Shown here: positions 49,012 through 61,600 of the stretch, one piece after another
Numbering within the stretch: position 1 is the stretch's first letter
How the letters are laid out: each line of letters begins with the position of its first letter
NCBI GenBank assembly: GCA_023920165.1
Contig: CP089278.1
Location: 1,860,001-1,924,000 of the forward strand
Direction: 5' to 3'
Length of the DNA: 64,000 nt
Origin: Curvularia clavata
Taxonomy: Eukaryota
Made by a program: the position numbers and the translations under genes
Notes under the pieces: generated by a model
Told to the model about the DNA's origin: nothing
The model's database searches: none
The model's input: only the letters and a program-made list of their open reading frames with translations

Positions 49012-49468
49012 GCTGGTGGGTAAACCTTTGGATTTTCGCTGCGATCTTGCCTGGGTTGTAGAAGAGTAGGGTGTTCTGAGAAAAAAATCGTGAGACGCAG
49101 CGAGACGACATGAACTTGTTTTACTTGATCGGACGAAATAGGGGCTGGATGATTGAACCGTGGACATGGTACATGCGCTTTGGGACGTTTGGCCGTTCCT
49201 TGCGGCATTGGTAAAGTTCACATATTCATTGCATTAGGAATATGCCCTCTCAGGGCATGACCCAATATCAATCAAGTCAAATGACGCGGCCGCGAATACG
49301 GACCATCACGTATGCGGACGACGACTTCATGCTAGTACATATAACTCGTTGAAACACATGTTAGCTCAAATGTGCCTTGTGGGAGCTCCAGAACGAGTTA
49401 CTGTGACGCGGTATGCCTACGGGCACAACATTTTGGAATTGCTCAGTCCCTGGCCTGGTGCTGCCTCC

Positions 49469-51862
49469 TTAGAAACCATACACACCCCCATGCTCTTGGA
49501 ATCTCAGCTGGTGATCTCTTAGATCCGCCCACAAGCGCAACTCACTTTCCTCATCGAAGGTGCCGCCATTCGGATCCCCGGTTTCTGGGCTCACTCTTTC
49601 TAGCTTGCTTAATATGTCTAAGAACTTGTATAGGTAATCTTGGTGTTGTTGCGCCACGCTGCCTTTTCTTTCTTTGGGTACTTCTAGTAATGTACTCGCA
49701 ATGGATCGAATTTTTTGTATCTGTGTGGAGGCAAAGTGTAAGCTTGTGATAACGTTTGAACAAAAGCAGTTCTTGACTGGATATGACGTGGCTATATCGC
49801 CAGTAGGATGAAAGTGGTCAGAATATGGAAGTAAACGTGTAAACTTACGAAAGAATCTCCATTGGGCTCCATATTGACCATGTCGATACTGCCTAGTACC
49901 ACCAAAAGGTCCTTGACTACTTGCTCTCGCTCTTCAGACATGGCCTTTTCGAGTGCTTCGGCATCGGTAGTGGTATCGGACACGAACTTATCGATTCCTG
50001 CTACGATTGGATTGGTCGCAGCCTGCAGACCCGTTTGACCTTTTGTTCTTTGATACTTTTCTAGCTGCAGAAAATACTTCTCGACCAGATGCGAACGTGT
50101 GGCGAGATGGCTAGCGTAAATGTTCGCTTTTTGTATCTCGTAGCGACGTGTATCCGGGATTTCTATTTTATTCTGCTCGTCCGTCGTGGAGTCGCGCATG
50201 CCTGAGTACTCGGGCATGGGGGGGTAATATGATTTCTGTTGTTCAATCCCACCATCTTTGCCATTCTTAGGTCGGACCTTTAGTTCCTCTGGTATGCTTT
50301 GTAGGATCTGTCTGCAACGCTGCAAGCTTTGCTGAAAAACACGCTGTTGCCGGTCCCAATCGAATATTTCATCCATTCCAAAAGCCATCTCGGCGGTAGC
50401 AAGGGAGGAGTATGACAGGTAGATGCGCACGTTGATGTTGAAACCAGTGAGCATTGAGACGACGCCCTCTTGCTGTTGCTGGATCTCATGAGGGAAGATG
50501 TGCACATCATCCACTTCTCGCGGTAAGGGAGGCAGGGGTTCGCTCGGTGTTGCAGGCGCAATCACGAGCTCTCCAAAAGAAGCACCCAACTGCTGTATAG
50601 TTCTAATCATGAGAATTAGCAAGAGTCAAGATTGAAGACGAGCTGCAACATACCGCACGCCAACAAAGACGGTCCAAAAGACTCGCCGGCCAATTTCTTC
50701 TGTAATGTAGTCGATCTTTGCTTCCCTTGATCCATCGTAGTTTGGGCCATTGGAGCCCCATGCATTGGGTACACCGCCGAGGTAGGTGTAGCCCTGAAGA
50801 TCGGGTTTATGGAGACCCAAGGAGCGTATGATGGTCAAGCATTCGGCGAGGTACAGGCGCAACTGGCGCCATTGGAATACGTAGGCGCCGGTCAATCCTA
50901 GGAAGTAGCTTGTGCAAGCATCGTACACGTTCAGCGAAGGCCGATCGAGGTAGCCAGGGCCGCGCGCGCGTGCACAAACGTCTCGACACTTGTCGACTAG
51001 GGCCAGATGATTTGGATATTCGTGGCGTGTCTGCGAGTTGAGGTGCAGGCGTGGTTTCCTAGGAAAAGAAGCGACCAAGACGGCAATCATGGAGGCTAGG
51101 AGGGCGAGGAAGGAAGGATTTGTCAGGTCTTCCCTGCGGCTCCATGCTTCGCGAAACGAGGGTTCGTGGGGAAAAGGACACAGGGGGTGTATGTAGGTAA
51201 AGAAGTCATTGATGAGGGCGTTGAGGGTGGGCAGGGCGCATATCTCTTCGGCGGAGAGGTGGGCTGGCTGGGACGACTGGAGCTGTGCCAGGGCGTGTGC
51301 GGCGTTGGTGGGAGACTGCGAGGGCGAGGCCTCGGAGTCGATGGCGTCAATCCGCCGCTTCTTGATGGCCTCGGCATGTCTGTTGGGGGGACCACGTCGT
51401 CGGCTGGGGCGGTCAAAGGTGCATGGGATCTCAAGAGCTACACAGGCCCTACAGGGCGGACCTGATTCATCGCACTACAGCAAAGTTGGCGAGTCAGCAA
51501 CGACACTTGGGCACGGGGTGCAGCAGGAGAAGAGAAGCGGCTGTGGGGCATACCTTGACCTTGCGTATGCTGCAAGAATCGCAGGCCTTGCGCAGCCGAT
51601 TTGGCTTGACGGGTTGGGCGAGGGGCGGGGTCAGGGCATGGTTTGCTTGGAGGGCTTGCTGAGCCTGCTGGGCCTGGAGCACTTGGTTGATGTTCTCGAG
51701 CTTGGGAAAGGCGGCATCGTGCGGGTAGGGCAGGCGGGCAGGTTGGGCGGATTGCGCAGGCTGGACAGGCTGGACAGGCTGCGCGTCGAGCAGCTGGGGA
51801 CCCGAATAGGTGTAATGGGGGTCCTGGGGCGGCAGATACTGCGACGACGAGGGCGATTTCAT
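49469..51862 (-). CDS. Zn2Cys6 fungal transcription factor, at least 4 exons
   Basis: Exons 51862-51554, 51474-50654, 50602-49849 and 49720-49469. Cluster RKACDSCSIRKVK|CDESGPPCRACVALEIPC followed by RRRGPPNR. A Q/P-rich N-terminus precedes it, and an additional upstream exon is possible. Confidence 0.88.
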
Positions 51863-51956
51863 GATACCGAATATCTACCGCCGCGCAGGAAGGAGATGAT
51901 GGCGTCGCGTCAGCGTCGGGTCGGGACAAACGGGGCGTTTAGGCGCAAGAGCGGAG

Positions 51957-52000
51957 CAGGCTGGACAGGCTGGACAGGCTGGACAGGCTGAGCAGGCTGC
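51957..52000 (+). repeat. 9-bp tandem repeat (CAGGCTGGA)n, with a second array at 51757-51781
   Basis: caggctgga x3 plus degenerate units. The same unit encodes QPV repeats inside the TF CDS. Confidence 0.85.
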
Positions 52001-52577
52001 AGCAGGTGGGCTGCACAGCCAGGCACGAGTAGTACAGTGCAGTCGGTACAATGCAATGCAGACGCGAACAGGAGCAGCGCGGCGCAGCGCAGAGCAAGAA
52101 CAAGACGGGTCTGCAGCCACGGCCGCAGGTGAGATTGACGTCGCGGACCGACCGCGCACGGGACGGCCAGATACCACCTCAGACGGCCCTGCTGCGACGG
52201 GAAGAACGCCTGGGGTGGGCTGCCTGGTGGGCTGCATGGCGCTGCCGGGCCCAGCACACTCGCAACCGACGGCGATCCAGGAAAATCCTCCGATACGGCG
52301 AACCCATGTTCGCTTTTTCCGCCTGCCTGTACTACTTGTACTGCTACCACCACTACCACCACAGCTGCGGCACACGTCATGGCGTGCATGCTTCGTAGTA
52401 GGTTCCCTTCCTCAGACTACAACGCCGCCTCTCCCTCTGTCCCCATTGCCCTTCCAAGGCCCCCCATGCATCCAGCTAGCACCAGCCGCTCTCTGCCAGT
52501 GCTCCACGCCCGCGCCAGGCCGGCCCTTGTCAAAACCCCCGCCGTCGTCGCCGTGGCCGCCCGCCAGCCCATGTCCG

Positions 52578-54376
52578 TCAATCGCTGTCGTCGCTGTCCG
52601 GTGAGCTGCGCGTCGGCGGGCGCGTGCTACGCGTAAGAGAGAAATCAAGCACGTCAGACCGGTCCCCAGCATCCACATACTTGCGCAGGCACCAGCCAAT
52701 CTGCACCGCCGTCGACGTTTCCTTGCCCAAGGGATCAATTTGACGGCCCTTGACAAAGACTACAAGAATGCGTTAGCCTGCCACATACACACATATATAT
52801 ATATATATATATAGCTACTTACTGATCTGATTCTGGCTGTCCTCGCGGTCGTAGACCTTGTCCGACGACCCAAAAGCAATAATGGCTAGTTTCGAGGAAC
52901 GCCCTTGCTCCTTGGCGTGGTCGCAACTACGCTCAAAGCCCTGTTGAGCCAGACCTGCAAGTAAGTGCTCGTAAATCTTGCGCGGCAGTTTGGTCGACGA
53001 AGGGCTGTTGGTCGGCCATGTAGTAATGTTGAGCGTGGCCAGGTTGCAAAGGTCGCCCAGACAATTCTCAAAGTTGACGAAGCTGTCGTTCTTGCTTCGG
53101 ACCACACTGACAGGAGGAAACGCGACCGAGATTTGCTCTAGCAAGGTGCACTCCTTGCAGATCTGTGAGAAGGATGTATACTCGTACACGAGCTCGTCGT
53201 CGCAACTGTCGGGCCCTGTGCTACCATGGACATTGAGCGTCTTCAGCGTCTTGCCATGGCGCACAATGCCCGCGGCAGCTGGCAGTGCCTTGACATAGAT
53301 AAGGTCCAGCGTCAAGACTTTGATACCCGAGACCAGACAAAGAAAGCCGTCAATGGCTGCTAAGCCGTCGTTTTCCGCGTTGTCATCATGCTTGAACTCC
53401 AACGTGTCGAGTTTGTCAGGCAGCTTTGTGCTTTTGCTCAGCTCCGCAAACAGGGCGTCGGCACCAGAGCAGCCAAAGACACGAATGCTCTTGATGGTCT
53501 GGAAGTCGATCAGCTTGCAGTATGTTTCGGCCGCGTACCGCAGGTGCAGCTTTTGCAGCGTAACCTCCTTGAGCGCTATCGGCGTGCATTTTGCGAAGGG
53601 CTGCATGTGTCGGAACATGGTTGAAGTGATGAGACCAGGCGCGTTGACCGTGTCGTTGAGCTCTCGCATGCTCACGGCCGGGTCCAGCTCATCGAAGCTG
53701 GCATGCAATGTGATCTTGTCCAGTTTGCGCTCGGCCGTGTTCTTGAGCAGAAAGTGACAGAAGTCGAGTACCTCTCGAGAGTCTGGGTATAACCCAATCT
53801 TGCGCACATTGTCAAAGCACTTGTCAATGTTGGGCAACTTCTGTAGCTCTTCCAAGACATTGCGGTCCAGTGAAATGCCCTCGAGCCACTTCATGCGCTT
53901 TTGTTTCCGATAGAGCAGCACGAGATTGTCGCCCGAGAAGGGCGACCATGGATGCCACGAGAACTTGTCCAGCTGATTCTCTGGCAACAGCTCCAAGATC
54001 ATGCGAATGGCGAAGTTGGCTTGCTGCTGCTGGTTGCATTTGTCCAGCACGTCTGCCAGGTACAGGTCCAATTTGCGCACATGTTGTAGGCCGATGTTTC
54101 GGGGATTGAGAAAGGCGGCGAGGCGTGTGTCGTTGGGTGAGCCGACGTCGAGCGTCACTTCATAGTAGAGCTGGCGGGCAGCAATCTCGTGCAGTTGTTT
54201 GCATGTGAGGCACACATTTTTGAGGTCGGTCGGACGGTTGATCTGAGTGAGCCATCAAGGTTAGCCATGTTTCTTGACGTGCCGCACGCACACCCAGGCC
54301 ATGCCAGACTTACGTGCTGAATGACCAGTGTCTTCAAGTCGACGGACAAATCCATGAAAGACAGCCGGGGCGCCAT
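52578..54376 (-). CDS. F-box-like protein with leucine-rich-repeat-like body, 3 exons
   Basis: Exons 54376-54314, 54242-52823 and 52759-52578. The N-terminus FMDLSVDLKTLVIQH|INRPTDLKNVCLTCKQLHEIAARQLY is F-box-like. Confidence 0.75.
52784..52813 (+). repeat. (AC)n(AT)n microsatellite in the last intron of the F-box gene
   Basis: A short (AC)n run followed by about 10 AT units. Confidence 0.9.
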
Positions 54377-55000
54377 CTTGTGCAATGGTGTGCGACGAGA
54401 GCGTGGGGTCTGCTGGAACAGCGTATTGGGTATGGGTATATGTAGTCGTGCGCCGTCGACCGAGTGCGGCGGCGAAAGATGTTGCTATGGCGGTTGTCAG
54501 CGCTGCTGCCTGGCGCTGCGCACGTCGGGCTGCTGATGAGTTGAGTGGAGAAGCAAGGGCGAGAGTTAAGTGGAGAGGTGGGGGGGGGTGAGTCTCCAAG
54601 GCGCATTCCCAAAAAGCAACCTTCCCTCTCAGCCTCACTTCACCTGTCCCGCCATGACGAGGCCCGCACGGAACCAGGGTCCACACGGATCGAGAAGGCG
54701 CTAGCACAGCCGACAGCCTGGGGTAAATGTGCTGGCTAGCTGCCATTGGATGGGCCGTGCCCCCCAGCTGCTCTCAAACACACCACACGACGACTGCCTG
54801 GCAGAATACGAAATCATCAGCCTTCTATTGGCACTGGCATGAGCCCTCTCTAGTAATGCTGATATCATGCAAAGCTCAAAAAAAAATGCGTCCTATTGTA
54901 AGGTATCCCCAAGAAAATGCTCACCGTGTTCAACGCCAAATGCCAGACACCTCGCTATGCACAGGGGACCATAGAGACAAAGCCCCAGTATACAGGCCCA

Positions 55001-57512
55001 TCACTCTTCTCCATCGCTGTCATCAAAGCCCGCCAAAAGCTCCGCCTCGAGCCCATCGTCATAGTCGTCACCAAGGTCGGGTGCAACCCCGTTTGCTTCA
55101 GGCGCCTTCTCCTCGTCTTCGCCTTGCTCCTCCTCTGGCCCGGTGGTTTCGGGACTGGGCAGGCCCGACGACTTCTCGGCAGTGAGCACGTTTGTCATGG
55201 ACGTCACTCGCTCCAGAGTCCGTTTCTTCCGTCGTTGCAGTCGAGAAGTACTCGTGACACTGCCATCGCTCTCCTCGGCTTCGCTGCCTTCGGTAGAGTC
55301 TGTGCGCTTTCGCTTTTGTTTGGCGTTTCTTGTGTCCGACGCTGTGCTGTTCTCGGAACGAATGCTGTCGGCATCCGATTCACTGCCGCCGTCTGTGTCC
55401 GACTCATCCATGAACTCTGCCAACTCGTCATCCAGCGCAGCCCAGGCTTCGTCAGACATTTCCACTATTGGTGAGTGCGAAGCATCTTCGGCCTCTTCGT
55501 CGCCGGTCCCGTTGATGCTCTCGTCCTCAACATCAGGAACCGGCGATCCGCCACGGTCAGCAGCATCCATCTCAATCAAGTACGGTGTCTCATCCACGTG
55601 CTCCCACCTAGTGCAGCACTGGAACATCCATTCAGGATTGACAATCTTGATATGAGGGTACCGAGCGGCTCGCTTGACTTTGGTCGTCTTGCGATCTGGG
55701 TTAGCAATGACATGTGTTGTCCGCCGGTTGACACTGGTGGTAACCTCTGCACCAAAGCTTGAGATCCACAATGCAAAGTCGGACCTGAAGATTCGTTAAT
55801 CGTGCCCTTTTCATCATGCTTGGAGAAACTTACGACAGGACATCCACGCCAAGGGGGATGATGCCCGAAAACACCACTACAGCGCCATCAAGCACCTCGC
55901 TCTTGATACGCGGCATGATCTCCGCAACATCAGGGATAACATCCTCCATGGCTCGTTTCTTGGGACTCTTTTCGCCCTTCAGTTCTGCAACGCGACCCCC
56001 GGCAGGAACTTTCTTAGCTTTCCTGTACTCATCGTAAAAGGTCTGATGCACAAGCATGAGGTTCTTCTCAATAATGTCTAGGCCTCGGTCGTTGTTGTTG
56101 AGGATGCTATGACGGACTTTGTGGTGTTCCGCATGTTGTATGCTGCCATTGTCCACTTCATGAAAACCTTCTGTGTCCTCTGCCTCGTCATCCTCTTTGT
56201 CTTGCATAAGCTGTTGCTGCAGCAAAGGCCGCTCAGTCTGCTGCGCAATGATGAGCTTCTCCTGTTCCTTGGCTTGCGTCTGCAAATCCTCAGTTGCTGC
56301 CAAGGATATGAGTTGTTGCCCAAGCTCATTCAAATCTCCATTTGTAGCACCACTTGTGCTTGACTCGATAGGGTTGCCGATAATTGGGACGGACTTGCTG
56401 GATTCGGCATCGGTATCGAGCTTCTTAGGCGTTGGAGACTTATCCTTGGTGAACGTCACCAATTCTTGTTGCTTGGGTAGAAAGCTTGCGTTGATGTCTC
56501 CAGCACCTGGAAAGAAGTTGAAGACGGGTACGCGAACAAGATGTGGACTGTATTGCCAGACGTCTGCCCTGTCATCAATGATGACACACATGGCCGTGTT
56601 CTGGTAGAAGAGTCGGGTCAGACTCTTGAGCTTATCCGTGTAGTTTTCGTCGCGGCTGAGGATTCGATCGCCAAAATATTTTCGCTCGGGATCAATGATC
56701 TTTGCAACTTCCTGCGCGTAGGCTCGAGTGGCCATGGTGTAAACGTGCATCTCATAGAGCTTGGAGATCCTGTCAAAGAAGTCCTTGAGCCCCGGTCGCA
56801 TCTTGACGTAATACCAATTTGCAGCCACATTGGACACATTATCGTCGGGCAGCTGAAAGCCCCGCACATCCTTGACGGCATCGTGGTTTGGGTTATCTGG
56901 GTCCGCTTGCCACTCAGCAATGGTTCGCTCGCATGTGGTGTGGATGACGGTCTGGTCGAGATCCACGATGAGGGTTAGCTTTCGCGCATTCAGGAGGCGC
57001 CTCTTTGCATCCTCCTCAGCGGCTATAGCTTCCTTGTGACTGACAAGCAGTGCGGTATTGTCGTGTGCCATATTCACCGTTGCACGATCCACGTCACGCT
57101 CTTTTGTGAGGTAATCGACCTGGGTCATGTCTCTGCCGCAGTCGACGCAGAGGCCACCGAATTGTGTCTCGTGGGTGCATGGTTCTTCGATCTCGAGCAA
57201 TGGGATTCTACGAGCATGTTTAGCCTCGGGTGTTGGTCTTGCGACACGGCAGTAGACTCACCCAGATCGGTCAATGACGGTGCCTGGCTTGACAAACCAT
57301 CGCGTGATCTTTCCTTCGGTGCTCGCATCGAATGTCTGTCTAAACTTCTTCATTACTGTCCTCTCGCCTCCCCATTTGTCGCCCTCAACGACGCGACTCT
57401 CATAGCTGTAGCTAAATAGCTTCTCTGACCGCGGCACGTCATCGTCGCGCTTCTTCAGCAAGTCAATGACGGTAATGGGATAGTTCAAATCCCGGGGCGA
57501 AAGGATCTTCAT
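55001..57512 (-). CDS. FCP1: RNA polymerase II CTD phosphatase Fcp1, 3 exons
   Basis: Exons 57512-57262, 57207-55834 and 55784-55001. EEPCTHETQFGGLCVDCG, catalytic DLDQT, IIDDRADVW, a BRCT domain (THVIA...TTKV...W...C) and an acidic tail. Confidence 0.95.
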
Positions 57513-58617
57513 TCCGAGTTGGGGCAGCGCATGCGACTGGCAACGTGGCGGTGATGGCGGTCGCTTCGTCGTTCTAGTCGGCGCATTCGGTGCTCACGCG
57601 GCAGAACAGCCCTTGTGAATGCTCGAGCGCGGTCGCAAGTAAGCTGGGGCGTCGGCTACGTGTCGTGGGAGCGAATTTGCCCAATTATGTGTCGTGTATA
57701 TCGTGTGTGCCAAACAGCAATTGTGCAGCGTGGAATGCGACACACAGGTGCGTGCGAGGGTGGGTGTTGGGTGCGACTGGGATTGACGTATGGCGTCGCG
57801 GCTGGACGTTTTCCCACTCGGATATTAGGAGCGAGGGGCAGCTTTATACCTTTGCAGCCACAAAACTAGCGTGCACCTTGCTCGCACGTCCACCACCGCC
57901 TCAAACATCAACCCCAAGGGACAAAGAGCGCCCTTCAAGGCCCTGTCGGCGCTTGTCACATGCATCTGCGTCAGAATTCAGCATCATTCGCTTTCGAGTA
58001 AGAGCGAGAGAGGAAACTTCATAATCCATTATCTGCGGCGCCGTCTTCTCCACGATTGTGCGGAGAGAGCCCACATAGTAGGGAGACACTGGCATTGCCA
58101 AGACCCACTGATCATCCTGGGGTTGTCCGCACAAAACCGACTGCGTGCGTGGCAATGAACAGAGCACGCTGCCTCTGTAAAAAGAAGGTGAGATTTTTTT
58201 TTTCCACAGAAATCATGTCTAGGAAGACATTACAGGGCCGCACCATCCTTCTTTGCGTAGGACTGGCAAGGTCATGTGAATGTTTTCTTGCTATTATTCC
58301 AACCAGACGTCTTGCTCTACATCTCTTGCGTATCATACAAATCATGTTTCCAGATCCACTCCAAATAATTTTATACTTCTATCTATACATAGAATGTCTA
58401 TGGCTTGTACTGAAAAGCATACATGGTCACTGTTTCCCATCTTTATGTTGAACAACATAGACTTCTACCAAGTAAATCCTCCTCATGAACAAAGGCAATC
58501 GTGTTTAGCCAAATGGGTGGCTTCTATGTAATCTGCGTTAAATCCAACTCTGTTACGTCCAAGGCGACATCCTTCCATTCTCGAAGGCATGCTCATTCAT
58601 TAAAACCTCATGAAAAC

Positions 58618-61600
58618 TCAATCGCGACGTGCCACTTCTGCTGCATGCTTTTGCGCAGCTGTACCCTTCAACACCATGCTACCCAAAACCAAGGAGCCAC
58701 CCCCCATCTGAGATGCGTCTTGTTTGATGCCTGCTAATGGCTGTGGCATTGCGAATGGACGAGCGCCATCCATTTCCTCACTCTCTTCGACTATGGTCCA
58801 ATCCTCTTCAAGCTCCTCGCTATTATCGTCATCCTGTTTAGTATGCTTCTGGATGAGCGTGCGAGCGCGATCTAACTCCCGATAAATGGTCTGAATCGCC
58901 ACTTGTGTGCCGTTGTCCTGGGAAGTATTAGTCAAGATGCCCGCAATGTTCGACGTTTGCTTATACTGACCTTTCTAATCTTCTGCCCTAGCACCTTTGC
59001 TTTCATGATCATGCGCTGGCTATTGGTAACCTCCCACAGAGCGCGGCTGAACACGCTCGTGTTGACCTTCTTCAACCATACTCCTACACCCATATCCTCG
59101 ACGCGCTGCGCAAAGAAGAATTGATCGCCGAAGAAAGGCTTGATGATCGTAGGAATGCCAGCTCGCAGACTTGCTCCTGTAGTCCCTGAGCCACCATGAT
59201 GCACTGCTGCGTCCATTTGCCTGAAGAGCCAATCGTGCGGTGCGGCCTGGATTTGAAAGATCTCCGGTGGGAGAGGGATTTCAGGTTTTGAGGCGTCCTT
59301 GGTCTCCAAGCGATCAGACCAGCCTTTAGACAACACGCAACGCACGTCTGCTTTCAATACCGAGTCTACAACGGTTCTGGTAAGCGCTGCAGGGTCATCA
59401 ATGACAATGGAACCAAATCCAACATAGACCAACTTCTTGCCATCGGCACGCGCCTTCTCCATGAACGCCACCAAGTCGGCAGGAGGTTGATATGAATCAC
59501 CTTCATCCAAGAACCAGTAGCCAGTGACGCGAACCCAATCAGGCCAGTCAAGGGGCGGTGGCACCACATGGGGGCTGAAGTTGTACAGGAATGGTCGAAG
59601 GCTGGCCTGCATCTTATGCTGGTTTGTTCCTTGAAGCCCCAACTCTCTGCGACGCCATTTGTTGATTTGACCAGAAATTGCAGTCCAGAATATGGTATCA
59701 AAGGTAATGTAGGTCAGGCTGTTGTAACCACCACCCATTTTCTTCTCCAGGACGGAGAATGCATGAGGGTAGGCTCGAGTGCGTGTCCAAGGCATCGTGA
59801 AGGCGCGGAAGTATGGAATCTCCAGAGCCTCCGCAATATGAATTCCAGCCATGGTGCTTGGACTCTCAATAAGAACATCCGCGCCCTGGCATGCCCGCCA
59901 GGAAGAACTGCACACGTCATCTAGCCATCCACGGAACTTTGCATTGGCCTCCTTCATGAATCCATATGTAAACATGCCATGTTCGACGCAGATGCGCATC
60001 AGTTCGGCTGGGTTCCCATCAACGACGGCAAAGTCGATGCCATGTTTGCGTACCCAAGGCTCAAATTCAGCATGTGTCGCAATACGCGGCCTGTGCCCCT
60101 CCTTCAATAGTTCCTTGCATAGTGCGATGTAGGGTTGCACATCACCTCGGGATCCAATGGTAAGGCAAACAATATTCAAGGGTTCTGAAGGCTTAAAGTC
60201 CACAAATGAAGCAAGCGGGTCGTCGAATATGAGAGGTATTCGATCATTGTCCGCAGCACGGACTATATCCGACACATCGACCTGCTTGTCCGTATCGATG
60301 CGCTCGCGAGCCTGTTGTAAAAGGTCGTGCTCCGCTTTGGCCGCCTCATCTTCGCTGTCAACGCCCGAAGAAGACGAGTCCTCGTCCTCAAGGTATTTCG
60401 TATTCTCTAGGATGCGTAGCACGGTAATAGCGCACTCATCGCGATACTCCGCCTTGGAGAATTCGAAAAAGAGCTCTTCATGGCCCTTGATTACAATGGC
60501 AAGGCCATGATAACCAAGTCGAAACCCCTTTTCCTTGTTCACGTTCTCGATATCGCGCATGGGGAGGATGACCTTGGTTTTTGATGTTGGCATCAGACTG
60601 CGGAAGCAGAAGTACCTTCCGCTGATGTAGATTTTGCCGTAGTTTGGTAAGACTCGCTGCAAGGAAGCGAAGAATGAGGATTGCAGGACCTCGGTTTCGG
60701 GAAAGGCAAAGTGGTCGCGGAAATTTTCGACGGCCTTTGCTGCATCCTCATCGTCCTCGAATCCATGGATCCGGTCTCCAGTCTCCAGGCCCTCAGCCGT
60801 ATTGTAGTGCTTTCTTCCACCCGCAAGCATTCCCGAAACCTTTTCATAGTAGCCCATAGACTCGCTTGCTAGCAGATTTCCCATTCTCTTTGATCGTGTC
60901 CTTAAGAATCCAGCCAGTCCTGATGCTTTCTGGAGCGGGTAAGAGGCAATATCCTGCAAAGCAGAAGACGAACCTGACAAGCGAGGGTTTGCTTGGCTAT
61001 TGTCTGTGTCGTCTTCGAAATCAGCGGCCCCCGCTGGCGTCGTAGGGTGTCTGGAGCGTTTTGTTGCGCTGGAAGTCTTCGGCTGAGCTGATCGCGCTGT
61101 TTCTTGAGAATCTCTATGCTGTAAATCAAGTTTGCTTAGTGGCGCGTTGTCTACTGCTAAGTTTGCAGGTCCACGGAAGACATCGGAACGGTCTAGGATT
61201 TGCGAGGCAGAAGCGTTACTCTCATCCATAGATTGAATGGCGGCCGATGATTCGGTCCCTGGTTCGAATGAGAGCGTAGCCGAAGCTGAGTCCGCTGCTT
61301 TGGGCGACTGAGATGAGCCGGTCTCTGAGTGGTCCTTGTTTTGCGCATCGTGCGGACCACCACTAAGGCTTCGTCGCGCCTCACGATTAGGTCTTCGTGT
61401 TTCATAGCTTGAACGGCGGAAAGTACTGGTAATGTCCATGCTGCGTCGTATGTCCCAACTCTTTCTGTTCACCTCATTGCTCGACCGCACAGACACATCA
61501 CTTGCACTCGTTCTTCCAGCATGCGGTACAGGCAGCGGTGATAAAGTAGCCCGGACATTTTCGCGTATTTGTGGCGCCTCACCGAAATTTGCTGGTGATG

